From positions 3,840,001-3,904,000 of the forward strand of contig OY771506.1 in assembly GCA_963674705.1 (NCBI GenBank): a stretch of DNA of 64,000 bases. Direction: 5' to 3'. Positions 39,845-49,603 of the stretch are shown here, in pieces. The stretch comes from Phycisphaeraceae bacterium (lineage in GTDB: Bacteria; Planctomycetota; Phycisphaerae; Phycisphaerales; Phycisphaeraceae). Within the stretch, counting starts at the first letter, position 1; the number at the start of each line of letters is the position of its first letter. The notes below the pieces were generated by a model that was given only the letters and a program-made list of their open reading frames with translations, did no database searches and was not told where the DNA came from. Position numbers and translations under genes: made by a program.

Positions 39845-40833
39845 GAGAACCGTCCTTGGACTGAGGCTTCGCCGAAGGTCAAAGGCTCGGGGTCATAACC
39901 AGCCAAGCGGTCGTGATCCCAGCGGATCAATTCATCCAGGTTCGGCTCATCGGGCATGTGCAGGTGAGGCTGCTTATCCTGGGCGATCACATGCTCAACC
40001 GCATCGATCCCGTCCAGCAGTTCGATCCGGCCGTCGTGATGTTCGACCAGGGCACTGCAGCTTTCGACCCAGTCGCCACAGTTGTAGTACTCAATATCAT
40101 CATCGGTGCGTATCTCGGGTTTGTGGATGTGGCCGCAGACCACGCCGTCCAGATCGCGGTTGACCGCCTCTTGGATCAGCGCATCTTCGAACCGGCTCAT
40201 GAACATGCAGGCGCTCTTGACCTTCATCTTGATGGCCTTGGAAAGCGAAACCGATGGCCTGCCCATCCGGGCACGTACGCCGTTGACCCAGCGATTCATC
40301 GTGACCAGCGATTCATATGCAGTGCTACCGAGCATCGAGACGAGTCGGGAGTGCTTGACGACCAGGTCGTACTGATCGCCGTGCGTTACCAGCAGTTTTC
40401 GACCGTCTGCGGTGATGTGGATGGCGTAGGGAAGCACGCGGATGCCGCCGAATTCCAGGTGCAGGAACTGGCGTGCACCTTCATCATGATTGCCGGGGAT
40501 GAAGATGACATCTGTGCCGTGCTTGGTGTGGTTGAGCAGTCGTCGGATGACGTTGTTGTGCTCGCCGGGCCAGTACCAGCGGCTGCGCAACCGCCACATG
40601 TCGACGATGTCGCCGACGAGGTAGAGGCGCTGGCATCGGATGTGCTTGATGAAACGCGACAAGTGTGCGGCCTGAGCGCTGCGGCTGCCGAGGTGTGCGT
40701 CGCTGATCCAAACGGTACGGTAATTTAAAGGCATAGCCAAAGCCCGGGGAGGGAATGAACAGACGTCCAGATCGGCCTCCTTGCCGACCAACATATCCCC
40801 TGTTCTTGGCGGGATTATCGGCACCGCGCGCAA
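39841..40833 (-). CDS. UDP-2,3-diacylglucosamine diphosphatase-like metallophosphoesterase (start probably ATG 40734)
   Basis: SDAHLG, GDIVD, GNHD, HGD, CGHIH, NCGDWVE. Confidence 0.88.
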   Translation of the reverse strand: MRAVPIIPPRTGDMLVGKEADLDVCSFPPRALAMPLNYRTVWISDAHLGSRSAQAAHLSRFIKHIRCQRLYLVGDIVDMWRLRSRWYWPGEHNNVIRRLLNHTKHGTDVIFIPGNHDEGARQFLHLEFGGIRVLPYAIHITADGRKLLVTHGDQYDLVVKHSRLVSMLGSTAYESLVTMNRWVNGVRARMGRPSVSLSKAIKMKVKSACMFMSRFEDALIQEAVNRDLDGVVCGHIHKPEIRTDDDIEYYNCGDWVESCSALVEHHDGRIELLDGIDAVEHVIAQDKQPHLHMPDEPNLDELIRWDHDRLAGYDPEPLTFGEASVQGRFS

Positions 40834-40889
40834 GGGATAAGTCAGGACTTGGCTAGCGATTGGTTATGAGAGGAATAATTGCCGGTTAA

Positions 40890-41864
40890 TCAAGGCTCTA
40901 ACAGAACCTTAATGTTGTCCGAATGCTTGGCGGCCTTGAGAGCGTCCACCCCGTCGGCCAACTTCATGCGGCGACTGATCAGGCTGACGACATCCACCTT
41001 CTGGCTGGAAAGTAATGCCAGCGCTTCGCCGAACGGGCCGCAGCGGCTGCCGATGAGGTTGATCTCGTTAACGACCAGCGGTGAAAGGTCGATCGGGTCT
41101 TTGCCGGTTTGCGGTGCGACGGTGGTTTTCATCACCAGCGTGCCGCGCGGCCGGACCATACCCATCGCTGCAACGAGGCCCTCAGAAGAGCCCGTGCAGT
41201 CGACGACGATGTCCTGGTCATTACGCAGGCCGACATCTTCGAGCAGGCGGTGCTTGACGCCCCATTTTTCGCAGAGCTGGAGTTTCTCGGCGTGCTTGCC
41301 GACGCAGCGGACCGTGGCGTTAAGTTGGCTCATCACCTGGGCGCAGAGCAGGCCAAGGCGGCCGTCACCTAGCACGGTGATGTAAGGGCGGCCCTCGATC
41401 GTCAGTTGCCGCAGGATCTGGCACGCGGCGGCGAGTGGCTCGGTGAAGACGGCGTTGTCGTCGTCGATATTCTCAGGCACTTCGATCAGGTTCAGCGTCG
41501 GCAGGGTGAACAATTCGGCGAAGCAGCCGTCGCGGTTGGCGATGCCAAGGACCGTGCGTTCACGGCAATGTTCGCGCAGACCAGACTTGCACATGTCGCA
41601 ACCGCCACAGACGCAGTTGATTGTGCCGACGACGCGCTTGCCGACCCACTTGCTGTCCTTGCGTTCGGCGACGGATTCGACGACGCCGACGAACTCATGG
41701 CCGAGCACGCCGGTGAAGCCCATGTAGCCTTTGCAGATTTCAAGGTCTGTCGAGCAGACGCCCATAAGCGTCGGGCGGATCATGGCGTCGCCGGGTCTGA
41801 GGACCGGTTCGTCTCGATTGGCTTCGATCTGGGGCTGCTTGCTGTCGAACGTCAGTGCTAACAC
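40890..41864 (-). CDS. Zinc-dependent alcohol dehydrogenase family (MDR)
   Basis: GVCSTD, GHEFVG, CVCGGCDMC...HC, GDGRLG. Confidence 0.9.
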   Translation of the reverse strand: MLALTFDSKQPQIEANRDEPVLRPGDAMIRPTLMGVCSTDLEICKGYMGFTGVLGHEFVGVVESVAERKDSKWVGKRVVGTINCVCGGCDMCKSGLREHCRERTVLGIANRDGCFAELFTLPTLNLIEVPENIDDDNAVFTEPLAAACQILRQLTIEGRPYITVLGDGRLGLLCAQVMSQLNATVRCVGKHAEKLQLCEKWGVKHRLLEDVGLRNDQDIVVDCTGSSEGLVAAMGMVRPRGTLVMKTTVAPQTGKDPIDLSPLVVNEINLIGSRCGPFGEALALLSSQKVDVVSLISRRMKLADGVDALKAAKHSDNIKVLLEP

Positions 41865-42021
41865 GATAGGGCGGTTCTCGTTGGGGGCGGGTCGTTGTAA
41901 CCGGGGTGGACCTGTACAGTTGCAGGTACACTAAGGCATAATGTTATCATCGGCTAAATCCCGGCTGGACAATACTATGGAGGCTGGCCTACCGTAGCGT
42001 AAGGCGGTATAAAACAAGCGT

Positions 42022-42939
42022 ATGACGCCACGTGTCTTACCAGAACGGCCCCATGTCCTGATCCTGGCTAACCACAGCAAGGCCCAGGTTCGCGATGCGC
42101 TGCATGATCTGCGGACCTGGCTGGAGGATCGCGCGGACGTCGTCGGGGATATGGACACCTCGAAGGTTAATCGTGAATCAGCAAGGTCGCTGCCGCAGGC
42201 TGACCTGGCGCTGGTGCTTGGTGGTGATGGGACGTTCCTCTCGCAGGCCAGGGCGATGATCGATCGGGATGTGCCGCTATTGGGTATCAACTTCGGCAAG
42301 CTGGGATTCCTCGCCGAGTTCACGATCGAGAGCGTCAAGGAGCATTGGGAAAAAATCGTAGGTGGGCAGTGCCGGACGACGCATCGGATCGCATTGGATG
42401 TGGCGGTGTACCCGGCGAACAGCCCGCTTTGGGGGATCGGCGAGGCGATGCCTCATGCTGAGTTCAGATCGGTCGCGATGAACGATTCGGTCGTGACGGC
42501 CGGATCGCCTTACCGCATGATCGAGCTTGGTCTGGCGATTGAGCCGGGCCGGGCAAGCACCAGGCCGACGCTATTCTCGGGCGATGGTCTGATCGTTTCC
42601 ACGCCATCGGGTTCGACAGCCTACAACGTCGCGGCAGGCGGGCCGATCGTGAGTCCGGGGGTTGATGCGCTGGCGGTGACGCCGATCTGCCCGCAGTCAT
42701 TGGCGTTCAGGCCGATCGTGCTCAGCGCGCAAAACGATATCTGGCTGAAGCTGCACAGTGTGAATGAAGGCACGACCTTGGTGATCGATGGCCAGGAATC
42801 GTGTCGATTGAAAGCCGGGCAGCAGGTTCATATCCAAAGGCATCAGAACACGGTTTGCCTGATTCATAACCCAAGCCACAACTATTGGTCGATGCTCGCT
42901 GAAAAGATGCAGTGGGCGGCGCGGCCGCGTAAAGATTGA
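42022..42939 (+). CDS. nadK: NAD kinase
   Basis: LGGDGT, GINFGKLGFL, MND, GDGLIVSTPSGSTAY..AAGG, IDG. Confidence 0.93.
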   Translation: MTPRVLPERPHVLILANHSKAQVRDALHDLRTWLEDRADVVGDMDTSKVNRESARSLPQADLALVLGGDGTFLSQARAMIDRDVPLLGINFGKLGFLAEFTIESVKEHWEKIVGGQCRTTHRIALDVAVYPANSPLWGIGEAMPHAEFRSVAMNDSVVTAGSPYRMIELGLAIEPGRASTRPTLFSGDGLIVSTPSGSTAYNVAAGGPIVSPGVDALAVTPICPQSLAFRPIVLSAQNDIWLKLHSVNEGTTLVIDGQESCRLKAGQQVHIQRHQNTVCLIHNPSHNYWSMLAEKMQWAARPRKD

Positions 42940-42969
42940 TTCGACTGACCGGGTCCACTTGGAGGTGAT

Positions 42970-44166
42970 ATGGCTCGCAAGATCAACGTCGCATTGATCG
43001 GCTCAAAGTTTATGGGCCGAACTCATTCCAACGCATATCTAAAAGCGCCGATGCACTTCGACCTGCCGATCGAGCCGGTGATGCACACGATCGCGGCCCG
43101 TGATGAGGAAGATTTGAAGAAGTTCGCGCCGCGCTGGGGCTGGCAGAACTATACGACGCGCTGGCGCGATGTCGTTGAGGGTGATATCGATCTGGTGGAT
43201 GTGGGGACGCCTAACAATGTCCACCGGGATATGGCGATAGCGGCGCTGGAAGCGGGCAAGCACGTTGCGTGTGAGAAGCCGCTTGCAAATACGCTGGAAA
43301 GCGCACGCATGATGCGCGACGCTGCGAAGAAAGCGGCCAAAGGCAAGGCCAAATGCAAGACGTTCGTCTGGTACAACTACCGTCGATGCCCGGCGATCGC
43401 GCTGGCGTATCAGCTCGCAAGAGCGGGGCGGTTGGGCAAGATCTATCATGTCCGCTGTTTCTATCTTCAGGACTGGGCCGGGCCGGATACGCCGATGCTC
43501 TGGCGGTTCCAGGGCAACGTCGCGGGCTCGGGATCGCTTGGCGACCTCTGTGCCCACTCGATCGACACCGCACGCTTTATCACAGGCGATGAGATCGATG
43601 TGATCAACGGCGCGATCCTCAAGACCTTCGTCAAGGAGCGCACGGTCATCGAAGGCGGCGCGGGCGGCGAAATATCAGGACGCGGCGCCAAGACAGCGAA
43701 GAAGAAAGCGAAGTCTACCGTCGATGATGCGGTGCTCTTTACCGCTGAATTCAAAGGCGGCGCTGTTGCCACCTTCGAAGCAACACGACTCTCAACAGGC
43801 GACAAGAACGGCAACCGTATCGAAATCCACGGCGAAAAAGGCGCAATCAAGTTCGACTTCGAACGTATGTGCGAACTTAAGTGGTACGACGCGACGCTAC
43901 CCGAAACCGAACAAGGCTGGTCCACGATCAACGTCTCCGGCGCCGGTCACCCCTACGCCGAAGCCTGGTGGCCCGTCGCCCACGCAATCGGCTACGAACA
44001 CACCTTCATCAACCAGGCCGCCGACATCTGCATGGTGCTAGCCAACAAAAAACCTGTCGTGCCGTTGCCGGATTTTGAAGACGCCTACCAGACGCAACGC
44101 GTGTTGGAAGCGGTGACAGAGAGTGCGAAGTGTTGCGGGCCGGTGAAGCTCAGTGAGGTGAAGTAG
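42970..44166 (+). CDS. Gfo/Idh/MocA family oxidoreductase
   Basis: GKHVACEKP, YNYR, GSLGDLCAHSID. Confidence 0.9.
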   Translation: MARKINVALIGSKFMGRTHSNAYLKAPMHFDLPIEPVMHTIAARDEEDLKKFAPRWGWQNYTTRWRDVVEGDIDLVDVGTPNNVHRDMAIAALEAGKHVACEKPLANTLESARMMRDAAKKAAKGKAKCKTFVWYNYRRCPAIALAYQLARAGRLGKIYHVRCFYLQDWAGPDTPMLWRFQGNVAGSGSLGDLCAHSIDTARFITGDEIDVINGAILKTFVKERTVIEGGAGGEISGRGAKTAKKKAKSTVDDAVLFTAEFKGGAVATFEATRLSTGDKNGNRIEIHGEKGAIKFDFERMCELKWYDATLPETEQGWSTINVSGAGHPYAEAWWPVAHAIGYEHTFINQAADICMVLANKKPVVPLPDFEDAYQTQRVLEAVTESAKCCGPVKLSEVK

Positions 44167-44234
44167 TTGAGGCTCAAAGAAGGGCGGATTCAATTCTGAA
44201 ACGCAACATCGGGTAAGGCGTTGAGGACCTCCCG

Positions 44235-44379
44235 TGAGGTTCATCAACGCGAGAACCTCGGCATTCATCTTCTGGCTCTGGCGCGTGTTGGTCGGGAAGT
44301 CGAGCGGTCCGGCCCAGCTCATTGAGGACAGGCCGACGACGTCAAGTTCCGGAGCTATCAGGGCGCGGAAGACGGCGTA
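44235..44379 (-). pseudogene. Nucleoside-hydrolase (IU-NH-like) domain remnant, in frame after a TAA
   Basis: Reading through the stop gives RVFINTDIAAEVDD*YAVFRALIAPELDVVGLSSMSW...SQKMNAEVLALMNL. Confidence 0.7.
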
Positions 44380-45615
44380 TTAGTCGTCCACCTCGGCCGC
44401 GATGTCGGTGTTAATGAAGACGCGAGGTTTCATTGACTCACTCAAGGCCATGCTGACGGTGGGAAACAGTGATTGAGCCTGTCGTTGCATCCCGATGTCC
44501 GTGTAGTGGACGCCGTCCACGGTGCCTTCGCCGTCGTCGCCGATGAAGTCATCAGGAACGACGATCACCAGTCCCTTTACACCATCATTCTGTAGACTCC
44601 GGACGGCGTATTCCTGGTCTCGTGTTCTCTCACTCGGATGGGCATTGGGGCGAAACATCGATTGGCCCATGAAAAGGATCGGCGTGGCGGGGTGCTCTTT
44701 GCGTATGGCTTGGACCAGCTTCGTAACGTGATCCAGAAACATTTCCTTGCCCGTTCCCATGTTCCAGGTGCAGTCGATGACATACGCCGCCGCGTCGATT
44801 TCGGCAAGCACCTCGCCCACGGGCGGTGCCATATCACCCGAGGAAGAGAAACCCAGGTTAATTACCGGCCGATCAAGCATGCGGCCGAGAATCGATGTCC
44901 AAATCATCCCCGGCCGCGATGCGCATCCGCCTTGAGTGATCGACGTTCCGTAAACGACGAGCGGCTTGCGCTGATCTTCGGGCCGCGGAGTTGGCATTTC
45001 CAGATGGGCATCCGGCGGCACTCCGATTCCCAGGGATTTTATGCCGTTATACACGGGCAAGTAGAGCAGACACTCTCGCCCCGCCTTGGCACCATCCGGG
45101 AATTCGAGAGTGGCAAGATTGCCATCCTGTTTATGCGGCCTGCCGTTCCCGATGAACCGCCAGGAGCCATCGGTGGCGCGGGCGTACAGATCCAAGCCGC
45201 TGACGCCGGTTGCCGGCATATGGGGCATATCGAGCGACGCGCTCGTGAGGGACCACCGAAGACTGACGGCGTCGGCGTCCGTGACAAAGCGAACGGAGAT
45301 GCCGGCGCTTTGGGTGCTCAACTTCCAAGCCGTGGGATTTACTTTCGCCTTGGCTGAATCCGGAAGCCGGTCGAAGGGACCTGTGGTCTGGTTCCACCCT
45401 TTGCCCTCGATCTCGAACGACGCGGCATCGCGCCACTGTACCTCCTGTGCGGCAGCGTTGCCGGAATGGACTGCGAGCACAGTAAACAGGGAAAATACAA
45501 GCAAGCGGGACAATCTGACAGGAATCTGCCATTTTGCTGCGCCGCTTGGCTGACACGCCACGCGGGCAAGGAAGCAAAGGTTCTCGTGGGTAATCATCAT
45601 GCAAACATCTTTCAA
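44380..45615 (-). CDS. SGNH/GDSL hydrolase (with N-terminal GxDLY-type domain)
   Basis: SGLDLY, YGTSITQG, NLGFSS, DGVH. Confidence 0.85.
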   Translation of the reverse strand: MKDVCMMITHENLCFLARVACQPSGAAKWQIPVRLSRLLVFSLFTVLAVHSGNAAAQEVQWRDAASFEIEGKGWNQTTGPFDRLPDSAKAKVNPTAWKLSTQSAGISVRFVTDADAVSLRWSLTSASLDMPHMPATGVSGLDLYARATDGSWRFIGNGRPHKQDGNLATLEFPDGAKAGRECLLYLPVYNGIKSLGIGVPPDAHLEMPTPRPEDQRKPLVVYGTSITQGGCASRPGMIWTSILGRMLDRPVINLGFSSSGDMAPPVGEVLAEIDAAAYVIDCTWNMGTGKEMFLDHVTKLVQAIRKEHPATPILFMGQSMFRPNAHPSERTRDQEYAVRSLQNDGVKGLVIVVPDDFIGDDGEGTVDGVHYTDIGMQRQAQSLFPTVSMALSESMKPRVFINTDIAAEVDD

Positions 45616-45897
45616 AACTAGGCGAGGATATCAAGCCGACAAAGCAATGGTAGACACCTGCGAAAACTTATCAAAACGCCAATTATCCTACACTTCCCAT
45701 ATGCCTTCTCCCGACAACCCCGCCGGGCTCTTGGACATGGAGAAGAAACGGGAAAGTAAGTAGGGTTGGGCCTACGGATGCAATATACAACAGCAAACAG
45801 CTGTTTTAACAATGTATCACATCAATACATTCTGGTTATCGCCTGAGTATCGGGTACAATTACTTATCAGTATTTTATCTATATTCTCAGGCAGTTT

Positions 45898-47205
45898 GTG
45901 GCTAAATCATACTTTCACATTTTGTTCTGCATAGGCCTGCTCTCGCTGGCTTGTTTCCCAATAAGACTATATGGGCAGGTGGCGGGGGATAATCTGATTC
46001 ACGATCCGTCGCGCATTGTTGAGGAGGACGGGCGGTATTACACGTTTTTTACCGGGGCGGGGATCAATGGCAAGTATTCGGATGATATGGTGACCTGGTA
46101 TGACGGGCCGGATGTTTTTGCCAGTCCGCCGGCTTGGATCGATACCATTGTCCCGCGCGATGCGCAGTACGAGAACGACTACTGGGCGCCGAGCGTCATC
46201 TACTACAACAACGAGTACCGGGTCTATTACTCAGCCTCTACCTTCGGCAGTCAGACCTCGGCGATCGGGATGGTTACGAACACGACGCTGGACTTTAACG
46301 ATCCTAATTACGAGTGGGTCGACCAAGGGATGGTGATCAACTCCGATAGCAGCGGCGCGTATCCGTACAACGCGATCGATGCGAGCGTGTTCGTTGATAA
46401 CGAAGATCGCATGTGGATGACGTGGGGCTCGTGGTGGAACGGGATCTATATCACCGAACTCGATCCGGTCAGCGGCAAGCCGATCTCGAGTCAGCCGAAT
46501 GTTGATGCGATCAACATTGCACGTAATCTGCCGGAAACTTCGATCGAAGCGCCTTACATCCACTACCGCGACGGGTACTACTACCTGTTCGTCAACTGGT
46601 ACGGCTGCTGCAGCGGGGTGGACAGCACGTACGAAATCCACGTCGGCAGAAGCACCAGCCCGACCGGTCCGTTCTTCGATCGCGGGGATGACCCGACGGA
46701 CATGGTCGACGGCGGCGGCACGCTGTTCCTCGGCACGGAAGGCGACAAGATCGGCCCCGGGCATATGGGCATCTATTCCGAAAACGGCACCGACTACTTC
46801 GGCTACCACTTCTACGACGGCGCGACCGGCGGCACCGCCCGCTACGACATCGATCAACTGATCTGGACGCCCGACGGTTGGCCCGTCGCCGCAAGTCAAT
46901 TGCTGATTGCGGACCTGAATACCGACTCCTTCATAGATATCAACGACTGGATCATCTTCGCCGCGAACCACCTGGCCGACCTGTCCGCATATTCCTCGAC
47001 CGAGCAAGCCTTGCGTGGCGATCTTGACGGCGACGGCGATAACGACTTCAACGACTTCCGCCTGTTCGAGGGTTATTACGACACGTATCACGGGACAGGT
47101 GCGTTTGCCGAGATGATCTCGACTCCGGAACCAGGTAGCGCCGCGCTGTTAGCGGTTGTGTTTGGTGGATGTCTACGGCGGAGTAGGGGAATGGACGCCG
47201 TCTAA
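45898..47205 (+). CDS. GH43 endo-arabinanase-like protein with dockerin-like segment and PEP-CTERM tail
   Basis: IHDPS, YWAPS, NAIDAS, WGSWW, IEAPY, GPGH; ADLNTD..GDLDGDGD; TPEP-TM-RR. Confidence 0.88.
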   Translation: MAKSYFHILFCIGLLSLACFPIRLYGQVAGDNLIHDPSRIVEEDGRYYTFFTGAGINGKYSDDMVTWYDGPDVFASPPAWIDTIVPRDAQYENDYWAPSVIYYNNEYRVYYSASTFGSQTSAIGMVTNTTLDFNDPNYEWVDQGMVINSDSSGAYPYNAIDASVFVDNEDRMWMTWGSWWNGIYITELDPVSGKPISSQPNVDAINIARNLPETSIEAPYIHYRDGYYYLFVNWYGCCSGVDSTYEIHVGRSTSPTGPFFDRGDDPTDMVDGGGTLFLGTEGDKIGPGHMGIYSENGTDYFGYHFYDGATGGTARYDIDQLIWTPDGWPVAASQLLIADLNTDSFIDINDWIIFAANHLADLSAYSSTEQALRGDLDGDGDNDFNDFRLFEGYYDTYHGTGAFAEMISTPEPGSAALLAVVFGGCLRRSRGMDAV

Positions 47206-47253
47206 ACTGTAGACAAGGTGAGTGCGCAGTACCTTGCTATCGTAAAAAGTGAT

Positions 47254-47458
47254 ACCCCGTAGGGGTGAAAGAATGTAGCCACGAGTGGAGCGTAGCGTAA
47301 CTCGTGGACAGAGTGTTATTAGATATTCACCGCCCCGTCAGGGGCGTCGCAGTAACTTCCCACACCCCATACGGGGTGAAAGTTCCGTAACTACAATTCA
47401 TCTTCCACGGGTTGCGCTTTGCTCCACCCATGGCTACAAACCGTAGCCCCGATGGGGC
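47254..47458. repeat. About 200-bp multi-hairpin palindromic (REP/MITE-like) element
   Basis: 35-bp imperfect inverted arms at 47274-47308 and 47404-47438, plus four CCCC-N-GGGG mini-hairpins. Confidence 0.8.
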
Positions 47459-47468
47459 AAAATCCGGA

Positions 47469-48647
47469 TTATCTTCGTTTGATCAACGCGGCAGCGCCGA
47501 CGAGCATGGCCAGCAATGTGCCGGGCTCGGGGATGGATGCGCTGTTGGTTGGCGGGGTGCCTGCGTTCCAGTTGCCTAGGACGACATCCAGATCGTCGAG
47601 GCCGACATAGCCATCATTCGTCGGGTCGGCGTCCACATCGCCCGGCGGGACGTTCTGGTTCCAATTGGATAAGACAATGTCCAGGTCGTCGAGGCCGACG
47701 AAGCCGTCGCTGTCGAGGTCGCCTTCGATCGGGTTGATGAACGTGACGAATTGTTCGATCCAGGGCACGAAGATGGAGACACGAGTTGAACCGCTGGCGT
47801 CGCCGTAGTCGGAGTTGTTATTGCCGTCGAACGTGCTGCCGAAGGAGTGGACGCCCGCGAGGACGGTTTCGCCGGTGTCAGGATCTTCGATGAAGATGCC
47901 GCCGCCGCTGTCGCCATTGGCTGTCATGAATTCCAGCGGCAGGGGGGTGCTGGATCCCATCTTGCTTTCATTGCTGTTGTCAGGATTATCAAAGTCGGTG
48001 TAGAAGATGCGTGAGCTACCCAGCAGCGTAATACCGGTGCTTGTGGTTTCGCTACCGAAGTTATCGATGATCTGGTTGCCGGCCCGTTTGAAGACATTCG
48101 CCTGCGTGTCGCCGGTCAATCCCGTACCGGTTCGGCCGTAACCGACGAAGGTAGCGGTCTGGCCCTTTTCGTCATTGCCGCGGTAGAGCGTAGCCGGTTC
48201 GATACTGGTTACCGGCTGCGACAGGTGGATCAATCCGATGTCAAAACCCATGTTGAGGTTGCCCGAGCTGGCCGTCCAGCCCTGGTAAGGGAACCACTGA
48301 TCGGCGGTGACGGTCTGGTCGGGGAACAACTGGTTGTCACCGATCTCAAAGACCATGCTGCTGATCCCGCCGCCGGCGAAGTCCGTGCCGTCGACGATAT
48401 GCCCGCCGGTCAGAACCCACTCGGGATGGATCAGCGTGCCGGAGCCCCAGAACAGGCTGCCGTTTTCATACCATTGGACATTGCCGACCGACTCGTAACG
48501 CGCTTCCTGCGCCAGTGCGCGGTAGTAGCTGTCATCCACATCGTGGCGGATGGTGCCAGCGAGGGTTGAAATGCTACATGCGGATATCAATGCCATCACT
48601 ACCAGCATGCGAGCAGAAGAAAACAATATAAACAGGCACAACTTCAT
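47469..48647 (-). CDS. Trypsin-like serine protease with dockerin-like repeat and PEP-CTERM tail
   Basis: Triad WVLTGGH, DIGLIHL, GDSGG; duplicated GFVGLDDLD; IPEP-TM-KRR. Confidence 0.9.
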   Translation of the reverse strand: MKLCLFILFSSARMLVVMALISACSISTLAGTIRHDVDDSYYRALAQEARYESVGNVQWYENGSLFWGSGTLIHPEWVLTGGHIVDGTDFAGGGISSMVFEIGDNQLFPDQTVTADQWFPYQGWTASSGNLNMGFDIGLIHLSQPVTSIEPATLYRGNDEKGQTATFVGYGRTGTGLTGDTQANVFKRAGNQIIDNFGSETTSTGITLLGSSRIFYTDFDNPDNSNESKMGSSTPLPLEFMTANGDSGGGIFIEDPDTGETVLAGVHSFGSTFDGNNNSDYGDASGSTRVSIFVPWIEQFVTFINPIEGDLDSDGFVGLDDLDIVLSNWNQNVPPGDVDADPTNDGYVGLDDLDVVLGNWNAGTPPTNSASIPEPGTLLAMLVGAAALIKRR

Positions 48648-48656
48648 GACGGTTAC

Positions 48657-49550
48657 TTATTGTCCTTGGTAGAGGTCCAGATCCTGGCCGTGCGAATCGA
48701 GCCAGCTAAACCACGTACTGGTTGTGTGTGTGAGTGTGTGATCTGCAATACTGCTGTATTGCAGATACTCACCGCTGCCATCGCCATAAACCGTGTTCTG
48801 GCCGTCGTTGTTATGTGCACGGATAGCCTGGGTTTTGCCGGCATAATCAGTGTCGTCGTAGTATGGACACCAGGTAATGGCCCGGTTGTTATTGTCGCTC
48901 AAGAAAACGGAAGCAACATAGCCATCGCCGGTAATACCCCTGGCTCTTCTAAAGATGTTTTGATCGGACACCGACAGGTAATCGGGCCGTGTTTGATAGG
49001 TGCCAAGCCCAACCGAAACAGGGGCAGATGTGTTTTCCCAATTCCTGATGCCAAAAATTTCATCTTCCGGCTCAATCGGACGGTAGCCTAAACCACCTGC
49101 CACAGAGTTGATGGGTTGAACCGGCGGCTCGGTGCAGAAAAATCCTTCTAACGACTGCATGTATCCAGCTTCATAGAGAGCGCCATCATTTGTTACGTTA
49201 CCTATATAGTCACGTATAAATCTGCCTAAGCTGTCAGCGCCTTGATTCTTTGCACTTGAATAATGGGTAACACTGACACCGTCATAGTTACCATCAACAG
49301 AAAGAATAATCATGCTGTCGTTGTTATCTGTTGCATACGCCTGACGGGCGACGGCTAGCTGGCGTATCTGGCTGAGGCATTTGATCCTCGTGGCGGTGCG
49401 GCGTGCGGCGCCCAGTGCGGGCAGGAGGATACCGACCAGCAGGGCGATGATGGAAATCACCACCAGCAGTTCAATGAGCGTGAAGCCCGAAAGCCGGGCG
49501 GATCGTGCTCGCATGTTCTTTGTCATCTTCAAGGTTCCTGGTGTTTGCAT
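48657..49550 (-). CDS. Prepilin-type N-terminal cleavage/methylation protein (DUF1559-like)
   Basis: [27 protein letters not shown]....C....RQ; C-terminal H..GQN..YGDG motif. Confidence 0.9.
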   Translation of the reverse strand: MQTPGTLKMTKNMRARSARLSGFTLIELLVVISIIALLVGILLPALGAARRTATRIKCLSQIRQLAVARQAYATDNNDSMIILSVDGNYDGVSVTHYSSAKNQGADSLGRFIRDYIGNVTNDGALYEAGYMQSLEGFFCTEPPVQPINSVAGGLGYRPIEPEDEIFGIRNWENTSAPVSVGLGTYQTRPDYLSVSDQNIFRRARGITGDGYVASVFLSDNNNRAITWCPYYDDTDYAGKTQAIRAHNNDGQNTVYGDGSGEYLQYSSIADHTLTHTTSTWFSWLDSHGQDLDLYQGQ

Positions 49551-49603
49551 CTTGATCGTGTGATGGTCTTATCTGTAATGTCTTAAATATTGGCTGTTGT
49601 GAG

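Noticed and set aside
44380..44382. Stop-codon recoding (Sec/Pyl) in the SGNH gene
   Set aside because: The codon is TAA and the downstream domain is truncated; pseudogenisation is simpler.
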